Shown here piece by piece: positions 45,501 to 57,757 of a DNA stretch of 64,000 bases; position 1 is the first letter of the stretch, and each line of letters opens with the position of its first letter. A model generated the notes under the pieces. That model ran no database searches, was not told where the DNA came from, and worked only from the letters and a program-made list of their open reading frames with translations. The stretch is from Pachysolen tannophilus NRRL Y-2460 (Eukaryota): assembly GCA_001661245.1 (NCBI GenBank), contig KV454011.1:2037271-2101270 (forward strand). The letters are read 5' to 3'. The position numbers were made by a program, and so were the translations under genes.

Positions 45501-48500
45501 ATGTCAGTCTCATCATCTGTTCGATCTACTGATGATAATGCTGAAAATAAGCTAATTTTAATTTCCCAGGAGGATTTTAATTTGGTTAAAAATGAATTTG
45601 GTGATGTTTTTGAGAAAGATAAACTATGGAATTTTCCAATCTTGGATCAACTCAGTTCAAATAATATGAAAGATGATTTATTAAGTTATTTGAGCAATAA
45701 TCCTGATGATATCCTGAATGTTTTTTATGAAATTATCTTATGTTACAGAGATACCTCAAGGTTAACTCGTGCTCAATCGGCTGATTTGATAAAATTAATA
45801 TTTAACATGGACCCAAAATTATCAAGACGTAGAAAGATTGAATTTTTGACATTGTTCAATGGATTTGAAGTTAATACTATTATGAATAATTTGCTTGATC
45901 TGTTAAGTTTTGACAACAATTTTTTGCTGACATATTTGTTCCCAGAGGTTTTAGAAAAATTGAAAAGGACGAAAACTAGTAATTTCATACAATATTTTAG
46001 AAGTCTGACTTTAAAGAAGATTAAGTTTGAAAATTACCAGTTACTTCACGAGGAAAGTTTAGGGTATGCAATATTTTCAGTGGAAATGTACAATGCTTTC
46101 AAAGATGATTATGCTGAGTTTAAAGTTGATTATTATCAAAATGTGCTATTGAATTTAATCGCTTACTATAAATTAGATGCTTATAAGTGTCTTGATATCT
46201 TGTTTGAAGTCTTTAGTAACAATTTTGTGAAGAATTGGAAATTTGCTATAGATTTATTAAAAAAGTCACTTTATTGGCCAATTGTTGATCATGAAGTTGA
46301 CTATGTTGGTAAAACTTTGGAGGAATCATTGCATGATATCAATAGTGGTGGGAATGAAAGGGCCCTGCAAATAATTGCAGTTAAATTAGCAAAATATCCA
46401 GAAAATAAACCTTACCCAGAGACTTTAAAATTATTATTAGCAGTGCTAGTTAAAGAAGGCTTTATAAATTTTGGACATTTCTATAACATTTTAAAACCTA
46501 TTGAAGAAGATAGTATCGAAATGAATAATATTTTCACAAATTATAAATCCGAAATGCAAGAAAAGAGTTCCCGAGTTGGAGCGTCTGAATTGGCAATGGC
46601 TGCTCCATTGGAAGATAGTGATGATGAAGGCGCTAATGTAGCATCAAAGAGAAGAGCTGAAAGTGCCAAAAAAGTTACAAAAAATTTAGATGAATATAAA
46701 GAAGACACAGAAGAACCCTTGAAGTTTAATTTTAAAGTTCAAATGTTGAGAACATTTCTTAGCGTTGGTTTGTATACTGAATCTGTTTTCATATTGTCTC
46801 AATTCCCTTATGTACCATTGGTTGATGAAGTGACAAGTGAATTAATTAATAGATTGATGAGTGGCATCGTTGATAAATATTATGATCAAAATGTTAATTT
46901 CTTATCACAAACAGAGATTGAAGTTTTTAAGACTTCAAAATTGGTTGCAACAACCAAAAGTTCGGAACTCACTAATCAAGTTACATTGAAAGAGCTCCCG
47001 GTTTCCCATTTGATTACTTTTGATCTGAGGATGAAATCATATGCTACTAAAAATTTCAAATATTTTTACGAATATTGGGATAATCTACCTGTTATTAATG
47101 AACCAATAGATTTGATAAGAATTTCAAAAGAATTTTTGAAATTTAATGATGTCTTAATTTCTAGAAAACCAAGTCTTGTCGCCAAAATTTGTGATATTAT
47201 ACACCTTGATTTGATAAGACATGGAGAGGACGAACAAGTCAAAAATGAATGGTTTGAATATTTCAGGCATTTTATTTTTCCATGTTTATCATTAATTGAA
47301 TGCAATCCTTCAGTAATCAATAAAGCCTTTTCTATTTTGAAGTTATATCCAGAGGATATGAGATATAATCTATACGGTGAATATCAATCAGGACTTATTT
47401 ATAAAAACAATTTAGAAATCAAATTAGCTAAAAATACGATTCAAAAGAAATCAAAAGATGCTTTGAAAAGGTTATCAATTCAAAATGCTAAGTCACTTTC
47501 CAGAAAGTTAGCAAAATTAGCTTCTGGAAATCCAATGATTGTTTTAACAACTTTGTTGGAACATATAGAAAGCTATGACAACTTAATAGATATGGTTGTT
47601 GATCTCGCAAGATTTTTCAATGACTTTACTTGGGATGTTTTGCCATTTGCTATATTAACGAGGTTGACAAATGGTAGAGATGCTGTTCAAGGAGATGGGT
47701 TAAACAATAAACAGTGGATTCAAAGTTTGGCATCTTTTATAGGAAAAATTTACAGCAAGCATTCGGAATTGAATATTAAGCCGATTTTAACTTTGTTGAT
47801 AAAAAAATTTAATGACGGCGATATTGATTATTTGATTATCATAAAAGAATTATTGATATCGAGTAGTGGTATACAACAAATATCAAACTTGACACTAGAA
47901 CAGATAGAGTTATTGAACGGTGAGAATAGTTTACGTAAGGTAGTATTTAATACGATTCAAGATAAGAGAGGTCATTCTTCAAAATCGGCAACGAGATTGT
48001 TGAATGATTTGATCGAAATAGATGGTTTGAATGAATTGTTTATTTTGTTGACTGATTTACACAATAACAACATTTTACAAATAGAAAGTCATCATATTAA
48101 GATTTTAGGACTACGGAATGATGACTTAGAGTCCATTTTGCATGTTTTTACTGAGCTAGTTAATGAATTTTTGAAATATGACGAGTTTGTTCTGAAGATG
48201 ATTCCTATTGACGAATTATGCTCAAAATTGATCCAGCCAAAATGGACTTTTGAATTATGGAGAAAAAGATTAAGTCAAATGATCAGAAAAAACTCGTTGA
48301 ATCTGACTGATTTTGAAGGAGATATCAAGATACAAGACACTGAACAAATTTGGAATCATGAATTGATAAAGGTTATGGACAAAATAACCGTCACTTTACC
48401 GGACTTTGATTGGAAGCACCTTAACGTTGGCTTTTATGTCACATTTTGGCAATTGTCATTATATGATATTAATTACCATGATGAAATGTATGATAACAAG

Positions 48501-50477
48501 AAACTTGAATTAGAAGCGCTTAAAAATGGTTACCAAGAGAAATTAAGAGTTTCCTTAAGAAGTAGAGACATTCCTACTTCTGAAATTGATAGATTGAAGA
48601 CAGAAGTTTTCCAATTGGAAAGAATATTAGAGAGTCTCCCTGGAGATAAATTAAAGCATCTGGATCATTCCAAAAGCATTATGGAGAGAATTGAAAGGGA
48701 AAAGAATCACTGGTTTGAAACTAATAATAACGGCGAAACTTCAGGTGAGCAGCTCTTTGAGATTCAAATAAGAGAATTTTTACAACGTTGTTTGTTGCCA
48801 AGAGCTACACATTCACCTTTAGATGCTATCTTCTGTGCTAAATTTCTATTTTTCTTACATAGAATCAACACCAAGGGTTTCATTACTATGTTGACATTAA
48901 ATCAATTATTTCAGGATATATTAGATATTACTATTATGACTTCTTCGAATAATGAAGCTGAAAATCTAGGATTGTTTTACGAGGAGATACTTCGAGAATT
49001 AAATAGATGGAGGAACAAGGAAATTTATGAATCAGAAGCAGTTGGTTTAGAAAAGATAGAAGATGGTAGTCAATGTTACAAATTGTCTTGCATGATTTTA
49101 CCAGGGAAGCAAGAACCTACTGATTATTCTACTTTTTCCAGAATTTTGTTTAATTTCCACCGTGCTATTTTAAGAAATATTCATATGGCTTTGAAGTACT
49201 CAAATTATCTTTCTCGTGCTAATGCTCTCATTTTTTTAAAGAATTGTTTGGGAATTTTTCCTATAATAGAAGATCATTGTGAATCAGTCTTGTCTGCAAT
49301 TCAAAAAGTGATTAAAGAAGATGAAAGAGAAGATTTGAAATTATCATCTAATTCTTTGATAGGACGTATAAAATCTTATTCAAAGGAATGGGTTCATATG
49401 TGGGACTTTTATGAAATGACACCAGAGGAAAGACAAAAACAAGAGGAAAAAATTCTGCATCTTAATAAATTAAAAGAAGAAAAAGAAAAATTAGCAGCGG
49501 CAGCGCGGCAACAGCAGCAGCTGCAATGGAAAGAGATGTCTTCAAGGTCAGCTACAAATAGGGCTCCGTATAGGAACAACGCTACACCAAAGCAGCCACC
49601 ATTGCTGCCTTCAAGGGCAACCAGAACTCCTACTGGACCAAGGTCTAGTGATGATTTATTTTCAGATAAGAGACAAGAAAGCGGAGGTAAAAATTCATTA
49701 TCAAACGAACCACCTTCATCTTCAAGGGCAGATTCTGTTAATTCATCTTCTTCGATGAGAGATCTTTTGAAGGCAAGAATTGAAGAGGAAAAAAATTTTA
49801 GCAAGAGCTCAACTCCATCTTCTCCAAGAGTTACTGTCGAAAAGGGGTCACCGCAGTCATCTGCATCTTCATCGTTGCCACCGGAAAATGCACCTTTGCT
49901 GCCACGGGCGGCTATTGATCAACAGAATGCTCGCCCACGTAGAGTGTTTAACGATGTGTTGGCTTCAAATGATAATAAGAAAAACGATTCTAGTAAGATT
50001 TCATCAGAAGCAGCACAAGAAGCCTCAGAGGATGAGAAAATAAGATCAAGGAGATCAAGGTTATCAGTAGATCTGCAACTGGAATCTCCAGAAGCAGCAC
50101 CAGCAGGTGGTAAAAGAACCCTGAGCAGAAGCAGAAGTGGAAGCAGAAAACGGAAACAAGAAGTACCTTCCAATGGTGATAATCAAAAGGCATCTAATCA
50201 GCTACCAACTAAACCTCAAGAAGCATCTCCAACATTGCCACCATTACCACCACCGCCAGCACCTCCACCATCTAGGAAAAGAGAGGCCTTGCCTTCACAG
50301 GAAGCTATTGCTGGAAGTGCCTCAAGATTCCCACAACCAAGAAAGTTTTCTGCCTCGTCAGGTTCAAATCACCGTCCTTCAGGTCCAAGATCCACATACT
50401 CAGATCACAGCTATAGCAGCCACAGCCGCGGTGGTGGATACAACTCTAGAAACAACAGAAGAGGCGGTAAACGTTGA
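45501..50477 (+). CDS. THO2: THO complex subunit 2
   Basis: YQLLHEESLGY, IESYDNLI, WDVLPF, WIQSLASF, FYVTFWQLSLYDI, FLQRCLLPRA, DEREDLKL; low-complexity tail. Confidence 0.92.
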   Translation: MSVSSSVRSTDDNAENKLILISQEDFNLVKNEFGDVFEKDKLWNFPILDQLSSNNMKDDLLSYLSNNPDDILNVFYEIILCYRDTSRLTRAQSADLIKLIFNMDPKLSRRRKIEFLTLFNGFEVNTIMNNLLDLLSFDNNFLLTYLFPEVLEKLKRTKTSNFIQYFRSLTLKKIKFENYQLLHEESLGYAIFSVEMYNAFKDDYAEFKVDYYQNVLLNLIAYYKLDAYKCLDILFEVFSNNFVKNWKFAIDLLKKSLYWPIVDHEVDYVGKTLEESLHDINSGGNERALQIIAVKLAKYPENKPYPETLKLLLAVLVKEGFINFGHFYNILKPIEEDSIEMNNIFTNYKSEMQEKSSRVGASELAMAAPLEDSDDEGANVASKRRAESAKKVTKNLDEYKEDTEEPLKFNFKVQMLRTFLSVGLYTESVFILSQFPYVPLVDEVTSELINRLMSGIVDKYYDQNVNFLSQTEIEVFKTSKLVATTKSSELTNQVTLKELPVSHLITFDLRMKSYATKNFKYFYEYWDNLPVINEPIDLIRISKEFLKFNDVLISRKPSLVAKICDIIHLDLIRHGEDEQVKNEWFEYFRHFIFPCLSLIECNPSVINKAFSILKLYPEDMRYNLYGEYQSGLIYKNNLEIKLAKNTIQKKSKDALKRLSIQNAKSLSRKLAKLASGNPMIVLTTLLEHIESYDNLIDMVVDLARFFNDFTWDVLPFAILTRLTNGRDAVQGDGLNNKQWIQSLASFIGKIYSKHSELNIKPILTLLIKKFNDGDIDYLIIIKELLISSSGIQQISNLTLEQIELLNGENSLRKVVFNTIQDKRGHSSKSATRLLNDLIEIDGLNELFILLTDLHNNNILQIESHHIKILGLRNDDLESILHVFTELVNEFLKYDEFVLKMIPIDELCSKLIQPKWTFELWRKRLSQMIRKNSLNLTDFEGDIKIQDTEQIWNHELIKVMDKITVTLPDFDWKHLNVGFYVTFWQLSLYDINYHDEMYDNKKLELEALKNGYQEKLRVSLRSRDIPTSEIDRLKTEVFQLERILESLPGDKLKHLDHSKSIMERIEREKNHWFETNNNGETSGEQLFEIQIREFLQRCLLPRATHSPLDAIFCAKFLFFLHRINTKGFITMLTLNQLFQDILDITIMTSSNNEAENLGLFYEEILRELNRWRNKEIYESEAVGLEKIEDGSQCYKLSCMILPGKQEPTDYSTFSRILFNFHRAILRNIHMALKYSNYLSRANALIFLKNCLGIFPIIEDHCESVLSAIQKVIKEDEREDLKLSSNSLIGRIKSYSKEWVHMWDFYEMTPEERQKQEEKILHLNKLKEEKEKLAAAARQQQQLQWKEMSSRSATNRAPYRNNATPKQPPLLPSRATRTPTGPRSSDDLFSDKRQESGGKNSLSNEPPSSSRADSVNSSSSMRDLLKARIEEEKNFSKSSTPSSPRVTVEKGSPQSSASSSLPPENAPLLPRAAIDQQNARPRRVFNDVLASNDNKKNDSSKISSEAAQEASEDEKIRSRRSRLSVDLQLESPEAAPAGGKRTLSRSRSGSRKRKQEVPSNGDNQKASNQLPTKPQEASPTLPPLPPPPAPPPSRKREALPSQEAIAGSASRFPQPRKFSASSGSNHRPSGPRSTYSDHSYSSHSRGGGYNSRNNRRGGKR

Positions 50478-50490
50478 GGTTATCGTTGAA

Positions 50491-50526
<36 letters not shown>
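50491..50526. repeat. (GTTGTC)6 microsatellite
   Basis: Six perfect copies just after the THO2 stop. Confidence 0.9.
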
Positions 50527-50753
50527 AGTTTTGACTTGTAAATATTATTTAGTAGTGTATTAAATATACAATGTCCTAAAAAGGTAATTTGTTTTTTTTT
50601 GATGATATTTATGCGAACAAGTTGTAAATGTAAACAAACCGAATTTATAAATATAGAATAGTAACAATAGTACTGCAATTCGAAGTAGAGGTGAACTTTC
50701 GAAAGGGAAAGGAACTAGTGGAAGCATTCATCTGCAAGGGCATTATTGTTGAA

Positions 50754-52757
50754 ATGAGTAATAGCAGGGCTAATGGTACTTTGATCATTGTGGTATTGAA
50801 AGCTAGGCATTTACCAAATAGAAGAAAGTTAGAAAAGCAAGATCCATATATTGTATTGAGAATAGGACATCTAGTTGATAAATCCAAGTCAATTAAAAGA
50901 GGTGGACAAACTCCTTATTGGAACCATGAGGCGAGATTCAAGCTTAATTCTGATATGGAACCTGTTTTGAAGATTTCTATATTGGACGAGACTAAGAAGA
51001 CTCCAACCCTTATTTCAGATGCTTCTATAGATTGTTCTAAAGCTTTTACTAAATCTGTCGAGGAAGGTTATGATGATTGGCACAAGTTAAGTTATGGCAA
51101 TAAAGATGCTGGGGAGGTGTATTTGGAAATGACTTTTTATCCAGAGTCACCAATTGTACCAGCTAAGATTGTTAATGAACCTAGAAAAATTATGAAGACA
51201 ACACAACATGATAGGCCTTTACCTTCAATACCAGGTCAGCAAAGTACTGAGTACGAAGTACAACCTATGCCCAACCAATCATTTTCTTCAACTCATTCAG
51301 ATTTAAATAATATTATGTCTCGCTCTGCATTACCTGATACGATCCCATTGAATGATTATCGTAATAATAATGGTGGACGTCAACTGGTTATAAAAGAACA
51401 AGACGATATATTTGAAAATAGTCACTCACCAGCTACTGGTATTGGAAATCATTATCCCGAAATAGCAGTAGCATCAGCACCAGAGATTAATTCTAGACCA
51501 AACTTCCATGAAGCTCAAGATATGGAGGACTTATTTGTTCGTGAATCACAGAAAGATGATCGTGGAAGGAAGTCAGGTGAAGTTTCTAAATTTAAAAAAT
51601 TTGCAGATAAATTTCTGATTCCCTCACAATTGATGCCTCCTGATACCAGTACTGATAATGGACTGCAATCAAGAAGGCCATTCTCTTCTTCTCCTTCCAA
51701 GAGAGATAAATTAAAATTTTTCACAAAGTTTACATCTTCCAATGACGATAATGAAGAAGATGATTTTGATTTGTTAGAACTGCAAGTACAATCAGATTGG
51801 AAAAAAAATCATTCTTCAAGCTTCCATGCTAATGTCGGAAAAATGGGTTTAAATAGAAATGATGATGACACAGACGAAGAGGAAAGTACAACATCTTGGA
51901 CTAGGAGTATGAGCAGTCTATACAAGAACAACAACAAATTTAATAGCAGGCATAGATCACTTGATTACTATGGCGACTTACCTATATTGCCAAACTTTCA
52001 AGATGATGAAGATGAAGATGAAGAAAATGAAGAAACCACACCACCACCTCCACCGCCTCATTCAAACAATAGTAGCAGATCTGGAAACAGCATATTTTCG
52101 AACAGAGGCCAGTCAATAAGTAGTTCAAGTGGTTACAATAGCAGTGGATATCAACAACAACAACAGCAACAACAGCAACAACAACAAAGACAATTACAAG
52201 CACAACAAACAAAGTTTCGTCGTAAACCTCCTCCTCCTGCAGATACAAATTTGGCTGGCGAAAAGTCTTACCATAATTTGACATCAAAATTTTCAGATTT
52301 AGATTTAGGTATTCCATATTCAGCTGATTCGATTGGTGAACCACATCGTAAAAAAAACAGCGAAACAGAAAACGTAAACATTTTTTTATTAGACAAGAAA
52401 TTACCAGATGCTGCACTGAATCAAAAACGTAAGGATGAAATAATAGATCCAAAACATTACGCTCCAACACCTGATCAACATTTCTTTCGCCAAATGAGAT
52501 TAGAGCAAGGAAACATTGCTGAAGATGATTTACAAGTGGATCCTGGCAAAGGTGGATATATTGGTGCAGGTAAATGGAATTTTAATAACCCAACTGGAAT
52601 AAAGGAAAGACAAACAATAGAAGTTACTCATCCCAGAAGTCCTAGTAGGTTTAAACCTGAAGTTCCTCCTAAAGTTCCACTTGGATTGACAGAACAGGAA
52701 TACTATTTAACGGATAGACAAAAGTATTTAAGGGATTTACAAGGTAAAAGAGCTTAA
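50754..52757 (+). CDS. INN1: C2-domain cytokinesis protein (Inn1/Fic1-like)
   Basis: N-terminal C2 (KARHLPNRRKLEKQDPY, RGGQTPYW, AGEVYLEMTFY); several PxxP motifs; ATG 50754. Confidence 0.75.
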   Translation: MSNSRANGTLIIVVLKARHLPNRRKLEKQDPYIVLRIGHLVDKSKSIKRGGQTPYWNHEARFKLNSDMEPVLKISILDETKKTPTLISDASIDCSKAFTKSVEEGYDDWHKLSYGNKDAGEVYLEMTFYPESPIVPAKIVNEPRKIMKTTQHDRPLPSIPGQQSTEYEVQPMPNQSFSSTHSDLNNIMSRSALPDTIPLNDYRNNNGGRQLVIKEQDDIFENSHSPATGIGNHYPEIAVASAPEINSRPNFHEAQDMEDLFVRESQKDDRGRKSGEVSKFKKFADKFLIPSQLMPPDTSTDNGLQSRRPFSSSPSKRDKLKFFTKFTSSNDDNEEDDFDLLELQVQSDWKKNHSSSFHANVGKMGLNRNDDDTDEEESTTSWTRSMSSLYKNNNKFNSRHRSLDYYGDLPILPNFQDDEDEDEENEETTPPPPPPHSNNSSRSGNSIFSNRGQSISSSSGYNSSGYQQQQQQQQQQQQRQLQAQQTKFRRKPPPPADTNLAGEKSYHNLTSKFSDLDLGIPYSADSIGEPHRKKNSETENVNIFLLDKKLPDAALNQKRKDEIIDPKHYAPTPDQHFFRQMRLEQGNIAEDDLQVDPGKGGYIGAGKWNFNNPTGIKERQTIEVTHPRSPSRFKPEVPPKVPLGLTEQEYYLTDRQKYLRDLQGKRA

Positions 52758-52984
52758 TTTTACTTTTGTTTTCAACTGTTTTAAAGACTATTGATTTAAT
52801 AAACTCTTTGCTTTTCGGCTGATTTTTTTTTTTTTTTTCTTTTCTTTTCTTTTTCTTTTTTGATCACTTTGTAACCAATAAAAATGCTATCAAACTTAGA
52901 AAAACTATATAGTACATACTTAGACAGAAAATAAAATGCCATCTTCCTTTTTGTTTATTATTATTATTAATATTATTATTATTA

Positions 52985-53743
52985 TTAGAATGCTGCCTCG
53001 TTATCATCTTCATCGTCGTCCCCATACACGTCATCTCCATCATCAAAATATTTCTCCGCATTATAATCGTCGTCATCTTCCTCTTCAAACTCGTCATCTT
53101 CTTCTGCGGCCGCATCTTCATCTTCTACATCTTCATCTTCCTGGTTAGAAGCACCACCAATTCCAGCAGAAGCATTAATAGAAGTTTCATCTGAAATATT
53201 TTTCAAATTTTCCAATTTTTCATTAATTTTTTTAGTTTTTTCTAATAATATTAATCTATCATCTTGTTCTAAATTTTTACTATAATTACTCAAAGATAAC
53301 AATTTTTTCTTTCTCTTATTATCTATCCCCATAACTGTATACAATTCTTCAGGGAAAAATTCAATAACATAAGGATGTTCATCTATGGACCTTCCAATCT
53401 TTCTCTTTTGTCTATGTCTATCTGAATATCTTTTAATACCATCATTTATTCCATCCTGATCATTATAAATTATTTGTGATTTTTTATTAACCTTATTATT
53501 ATTATTTTGTACATTTATAGCAGCAGATTGCAAAGAACCTGTATAAAAAGGCCCATTTTTCAAAATATTTTGAAATTTTATTGATTGTTTTGCTGATTCT
53601 TTCTCCAGATTTGTTGATGGTCCATCTATTGGTATTGTTAATTTACTTGATTCTTCTTCAAAATGCGGACTATTAACATCGTTATACTCTAAACCAAACG
53701 GAAGCAAAGCTCGATTAAAAGCTCCTGTTCTCCTCTTATTCAT
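52985..53743 (-). CDS. RPC31: RNA polymerase III subunit C31
   Basis: LPFGL, GPFYTG, DGIKRYSD, FFPEELY; acidic tail DDDYNAEKYFDDG. Confidence 0.9.
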   Translation of the reverse strand: MNKRRTGAFNRALLPFGLEYNDVNSPHFEEESSKLTIPIDGPSTNLEKESAKQSIKFQNILKNGPFYTGSLQSAAINVQNNNNKVNKKSQIIYNDQDGINDGIKRYSDRHRQKRKIGRSIDEHPYVIEFFPEELYTVMGIDNKRKKKLLSLSNYSKNLEQDDRLILLEKTKKINEKLENLKNISDETSINASAGIGGASNQEDEDVEDEDAAAEEDDEFEEEDDDDYNAEKYFDDGDDVYGDDDEDDNEAAF

Positions 53744-54175
53744 TCTGTCTAATCCTTATCCTTCACCTTCTGCCTTCAAAAACTTATCCTTTCACACCCA
53801 AACAATTAGATCAATGAAATATAGTTAAACTTGTTAGAAAGTTGAAAAATATTGCATTCAAAAATTTTTTTATTAAGTAAAAGTGAAAAAAAAAAACCTT
53901 TAAGTGAAAAATACACTACTGTAAATTGATACTAGAAACAACGACGACAAGACCAACGACAAGAACAATGTATAATGGTGGCAATAATAGGAGAATAATG
54001 AAGAGAGAATTAATAGGGTAAAATATTGATTATTCAAAGCTGAGTGTTTTATTGTGAGAGTATTAGTTGAAACTGAAAAAAAGTTAGAAAAAAAAGAAAA
54101 GAAAAGAAAAGAAAAGAAAAAAGTAAAAAAAATATATATATGAAAGGAAATACAAATAGATATATAAAGTTTTAA

Positions 54176-54634
54176 CTAATCTTCTAATAATTCTGTAAGT
54201 TCATCTTCGGAATCATCAAGTGCAGCTTTTTCTTCTGCAATTTTTATCAATTCATCTTCGAATATTTTTTGTTGCTGTTTAACTTTTCTTCTTGTTGTCT
54301 TACCCCACCCCCATGATTGATCATCTTTTGTTGGATCCGTATCTTCAATTAATTCGGATTGTAAATCACTTCCATTGATCAAGTTTTCTGTTTTCAACTT
54401 CTCATCTCTTGCTAGCTGCTCCTCCAACTGTTTCTGCTGGGCATACTTCATATAAATTCTTCTTGCAAATATATATCCACCAACAATAGCTATTAATCTA
54501 ATAATTCTAAGTGGTTCAAGCTCATCTATTAAATCATGAGAAAAATTCTTTAAAAAATCAGGTAAAACATCTGGTACCAAATCATGAAATACCGATCTCA
54601 AATCTTGGCCCTCTACTATATCTAAACTCATCAT
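54176..54634 (-). CDS. PGA2: Pga2-like small ER membrane protein
   Basis: IRLIAIVGGYIFAR and SWGWGKTTRRKVK motifs; ATG 54634. Confidence 0.7.
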   Translation of the reverse strand: MMSLDIVEGQDLRSVFHDLVPDVLPDFLKNFSHDLIDELEPLRIIRLIAIVGGYIFARRIYMKYAQQKQLEEQLARDEKLKTENLINGSDLQSELIEDTDPTKDDQSWGWGKTTRRKVKQQQKIFEDELIKIAEEKAALDDSEDELTELLED

Positions 54635-54992
54635 CACTGACTTCACTGCAACCTTCCTTCTTCAATTAATATATCAACAATATGTTTATGTTCATGTATT
54701 CATCATCAAAAAATTTTTTTTGTTTATGCGAAACGGTTCGGAAAAACAGAAAAAAAAAACAAAACAAAAACAAAAACAAAAAAAAAAAAAAAAATTTTGG
54801 CGGGAGAGCCCGGTTCAGCTCCCGCCAAAATTTGAAACAGTTGAGGCAGGCTTTCCCGCCCAAAGGTTACAAAGGTTGGGCGGAGCGGTATGCACACACA
54901 GGACAGGTTATACAATACAATTTAAAAGACAAAAGATGTTTCTTTTACTATAACAATATAATAGATATATGGTTAGATTTATCTTCTTCTAT

Positions 54993-55760
54993 TCATAGCT
55001 CATCATCACTATCAAATAACGGTTTTTCAGCAAAGTCGCCAATCTCTATTAGAATTGGTTTTACAAAAGATCCATAATTCTTGTGACATGTAAAATAGTG
55101 TTTACCTCCCGAAATAATGGATCCATCGTTTTTACCAACAGGTTCATCAAACTCGACTCCTACCCATTTATTATTACCATCGCCATCGATTTCCTTAACA
55201 CTACCAACATATCTTATAGTTCCTATTCTTCCTTCATCTTCGTTAAAACTTGCACTTGCGTGAACTTTACAACGTAAACCAATTTGAAGTTTCTTACTAA
55301 GTTGATCATTTTTCAAAATTAATTCTTTTCTCCTTTTCTCATATTCTGGATCAAATCTTCCCAATTTGTTTTGCCTTTTCCAACTTATTACAGAGTCTGA
55401 TCTTTTTTCATATTCTTCTTTAGTCAATTCAAATTTATAATCATCATCATTATCATTATTATTACTACTTAAATAGTCTAATTCACCAGCTTCAGGATTT
55501 ATATCATTTACATGTATTCTCATATACGATGATATGCCAAATTCCGATAACAATGTTTGGTCTTCACCCAAATTCACCTTTGACGAAATTGGTACAGTTT
55601 CATTACTATTACTTATTGGATATAATAAAAGTTCTTGGAATTCAGGTTTAATACCAGTTATTAATTCCAATTTTTCTTTAAAATACTTTAAAGTCCACTG
55701 AACAGAAATCCTTTTCTCAGTGGAAGTTAACGGCGACGTGATATATACATTAATATCCAT
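54993..55760 (-). CDS. ALF1: Tubulin folding cofactor B
   Basis: Ubl domain (KEKLELITGI), YEKRSDSV..WK, CAP-Gly (WVGVEFDEPVGKNDGS); ATG 55760. Confidence 0.9.
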   Translation of the reverse strand: MDINVYITSPLTSTEKRISVQWTLKYFKEKLELITGIKPEFQELLLYPISNSNETVPISSKVNLGEDQTLLSEFGISSYMRIHVNDINPEAGELDYLSSNNNDNDDDYKFELTKEEYEKRSDSVISWKRQNKLGRFDPEYEKRRKELILKNDQLSKKLQIGLRCKVHASASFNEDEGRIGTIRYVGSVKEIDGDGNNKWVGVEFDEPVGKNDGSIISGGKHYFTCHKNYGSFVKPILIEIGDFAEKPLFDSDDEL

Positions 55761-55946
55761 CTCCTCTATATTTATCAATGGTGTTGATGTTTTGTTGATG
55801 TTTTTAATGTTTTTTGGACTTTGTACAAAAAAGTTGAAAACACTAAAAAATAAAAATTTTCGATTATTTCAACGTTTAAATATAATAAAGCAAATTCAAT
55901 AAAACAATTTTTATTATCAAGAACAACAAACTGCTAAAAATATTTC

Positions 55947-56466
55947 ATGATGGAGCATAACAATAGTGGTAATAATTATAGTAACAGTAACAGTAATAGT
56001 AATTACGGCGGTTATAATAATAGAGTAAGTATAATTTAATAGTTTGATATTATTTGAGAAATTAAATACTAACAGATGGGGGGTTTTTCTCTTTTTTTTT
56101 TCTTCTGAATAGCAAAGAAATAGTAATAATAGTAATAATAATAATAATAATAATAGAAGACAAGAAAGGAAGCCTGATGGTCCAAAAAGAGAAGCAATCT
56201 TAGATTTGGCTAAATACCAAGATCAAAAGATTATAGTTGAATTTGTTGGTGGACGTCAAGTTATAGGTGTATTAAAAGGTTATGATCAATTGATGAATTT
56301 AGTCTTGGATGAAGTCGAGGAAAATTTGAGAGATGAAAGTGGGAAGTTATTGGATGAAACAAGAAGCTTGGGTTTAGTAATTGTTAGAGGCCCATTGCTT
56401 TTGACTTTATCACCAGTTGATGGAACTGAGGTTATAGATAATCCATTTGCAAATACTGAAGAGTAA
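55947..56466 (+). CDS. LSM7: Sm-like protein Lsm7; 2 exons (55947-56024, 56113-56466)
   Basis: Intron GTAAGT, TACTAAC, TAG in phase 0; PKREAILDLAKY, GVLKGYDQLMNLVLD, LGLVIVRG, NPF. Confidence 0.92.
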
Positions 56467-56933
56467 TAATCATTTTACAAATTCATTCAAATACTTTAAT
56501 GAAAATCACTAAGCTCTTTGTTTTTTAATGCCATAATTTGTATATCATTGGGATTATATTTGGTTATCTTTATACTAATTCTCCAATTTTTCAAACCTAT
56601 AGACCTATCTTTTTTCAATCTAAATAATGGAAATTTTAAACTTCTTAGATGTTGTAAACTTTCAGAAATACTTGAAAATTCGATTTATAGAATTTACTCT
56701 TCACCCCCGCTTCCTACCAAGATCCAGAAACAAGCTCTACAAGTATCAAAAATGGATGTCTTGGTACTCATTTGTAGTTCTCCTTTGGTGTCCAAAGGAA
56801 AAATTTTCAACAAAAATTATTTTTTTCTTATCGCTAAATCGGTGGCATGAATGGTATAAAACATTGATTTATCTACTGTAACTTCATCATCTTATATATA
56901 TATATATATATATATATCTATAATATATTTAAA

Positions 56934-57668
<735 letters not shown>

Positions 57669-57757
57669 AAAAAAAACAATAAATAAATTATTGATTATTG
57701 AATTTTTCTTTTTCTTTTTTTTTTTTTTTTCAATTAATAAATTAGCTATTTATTTTG

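Noticed and set aside
49409..50678. Antisense and alternative-frame ORFs over the THO2 tail (and similar ones over BAT1, ARC1, stomatin)
   Set aside because: Shadow ORFs of real genes or microsatellite-derived
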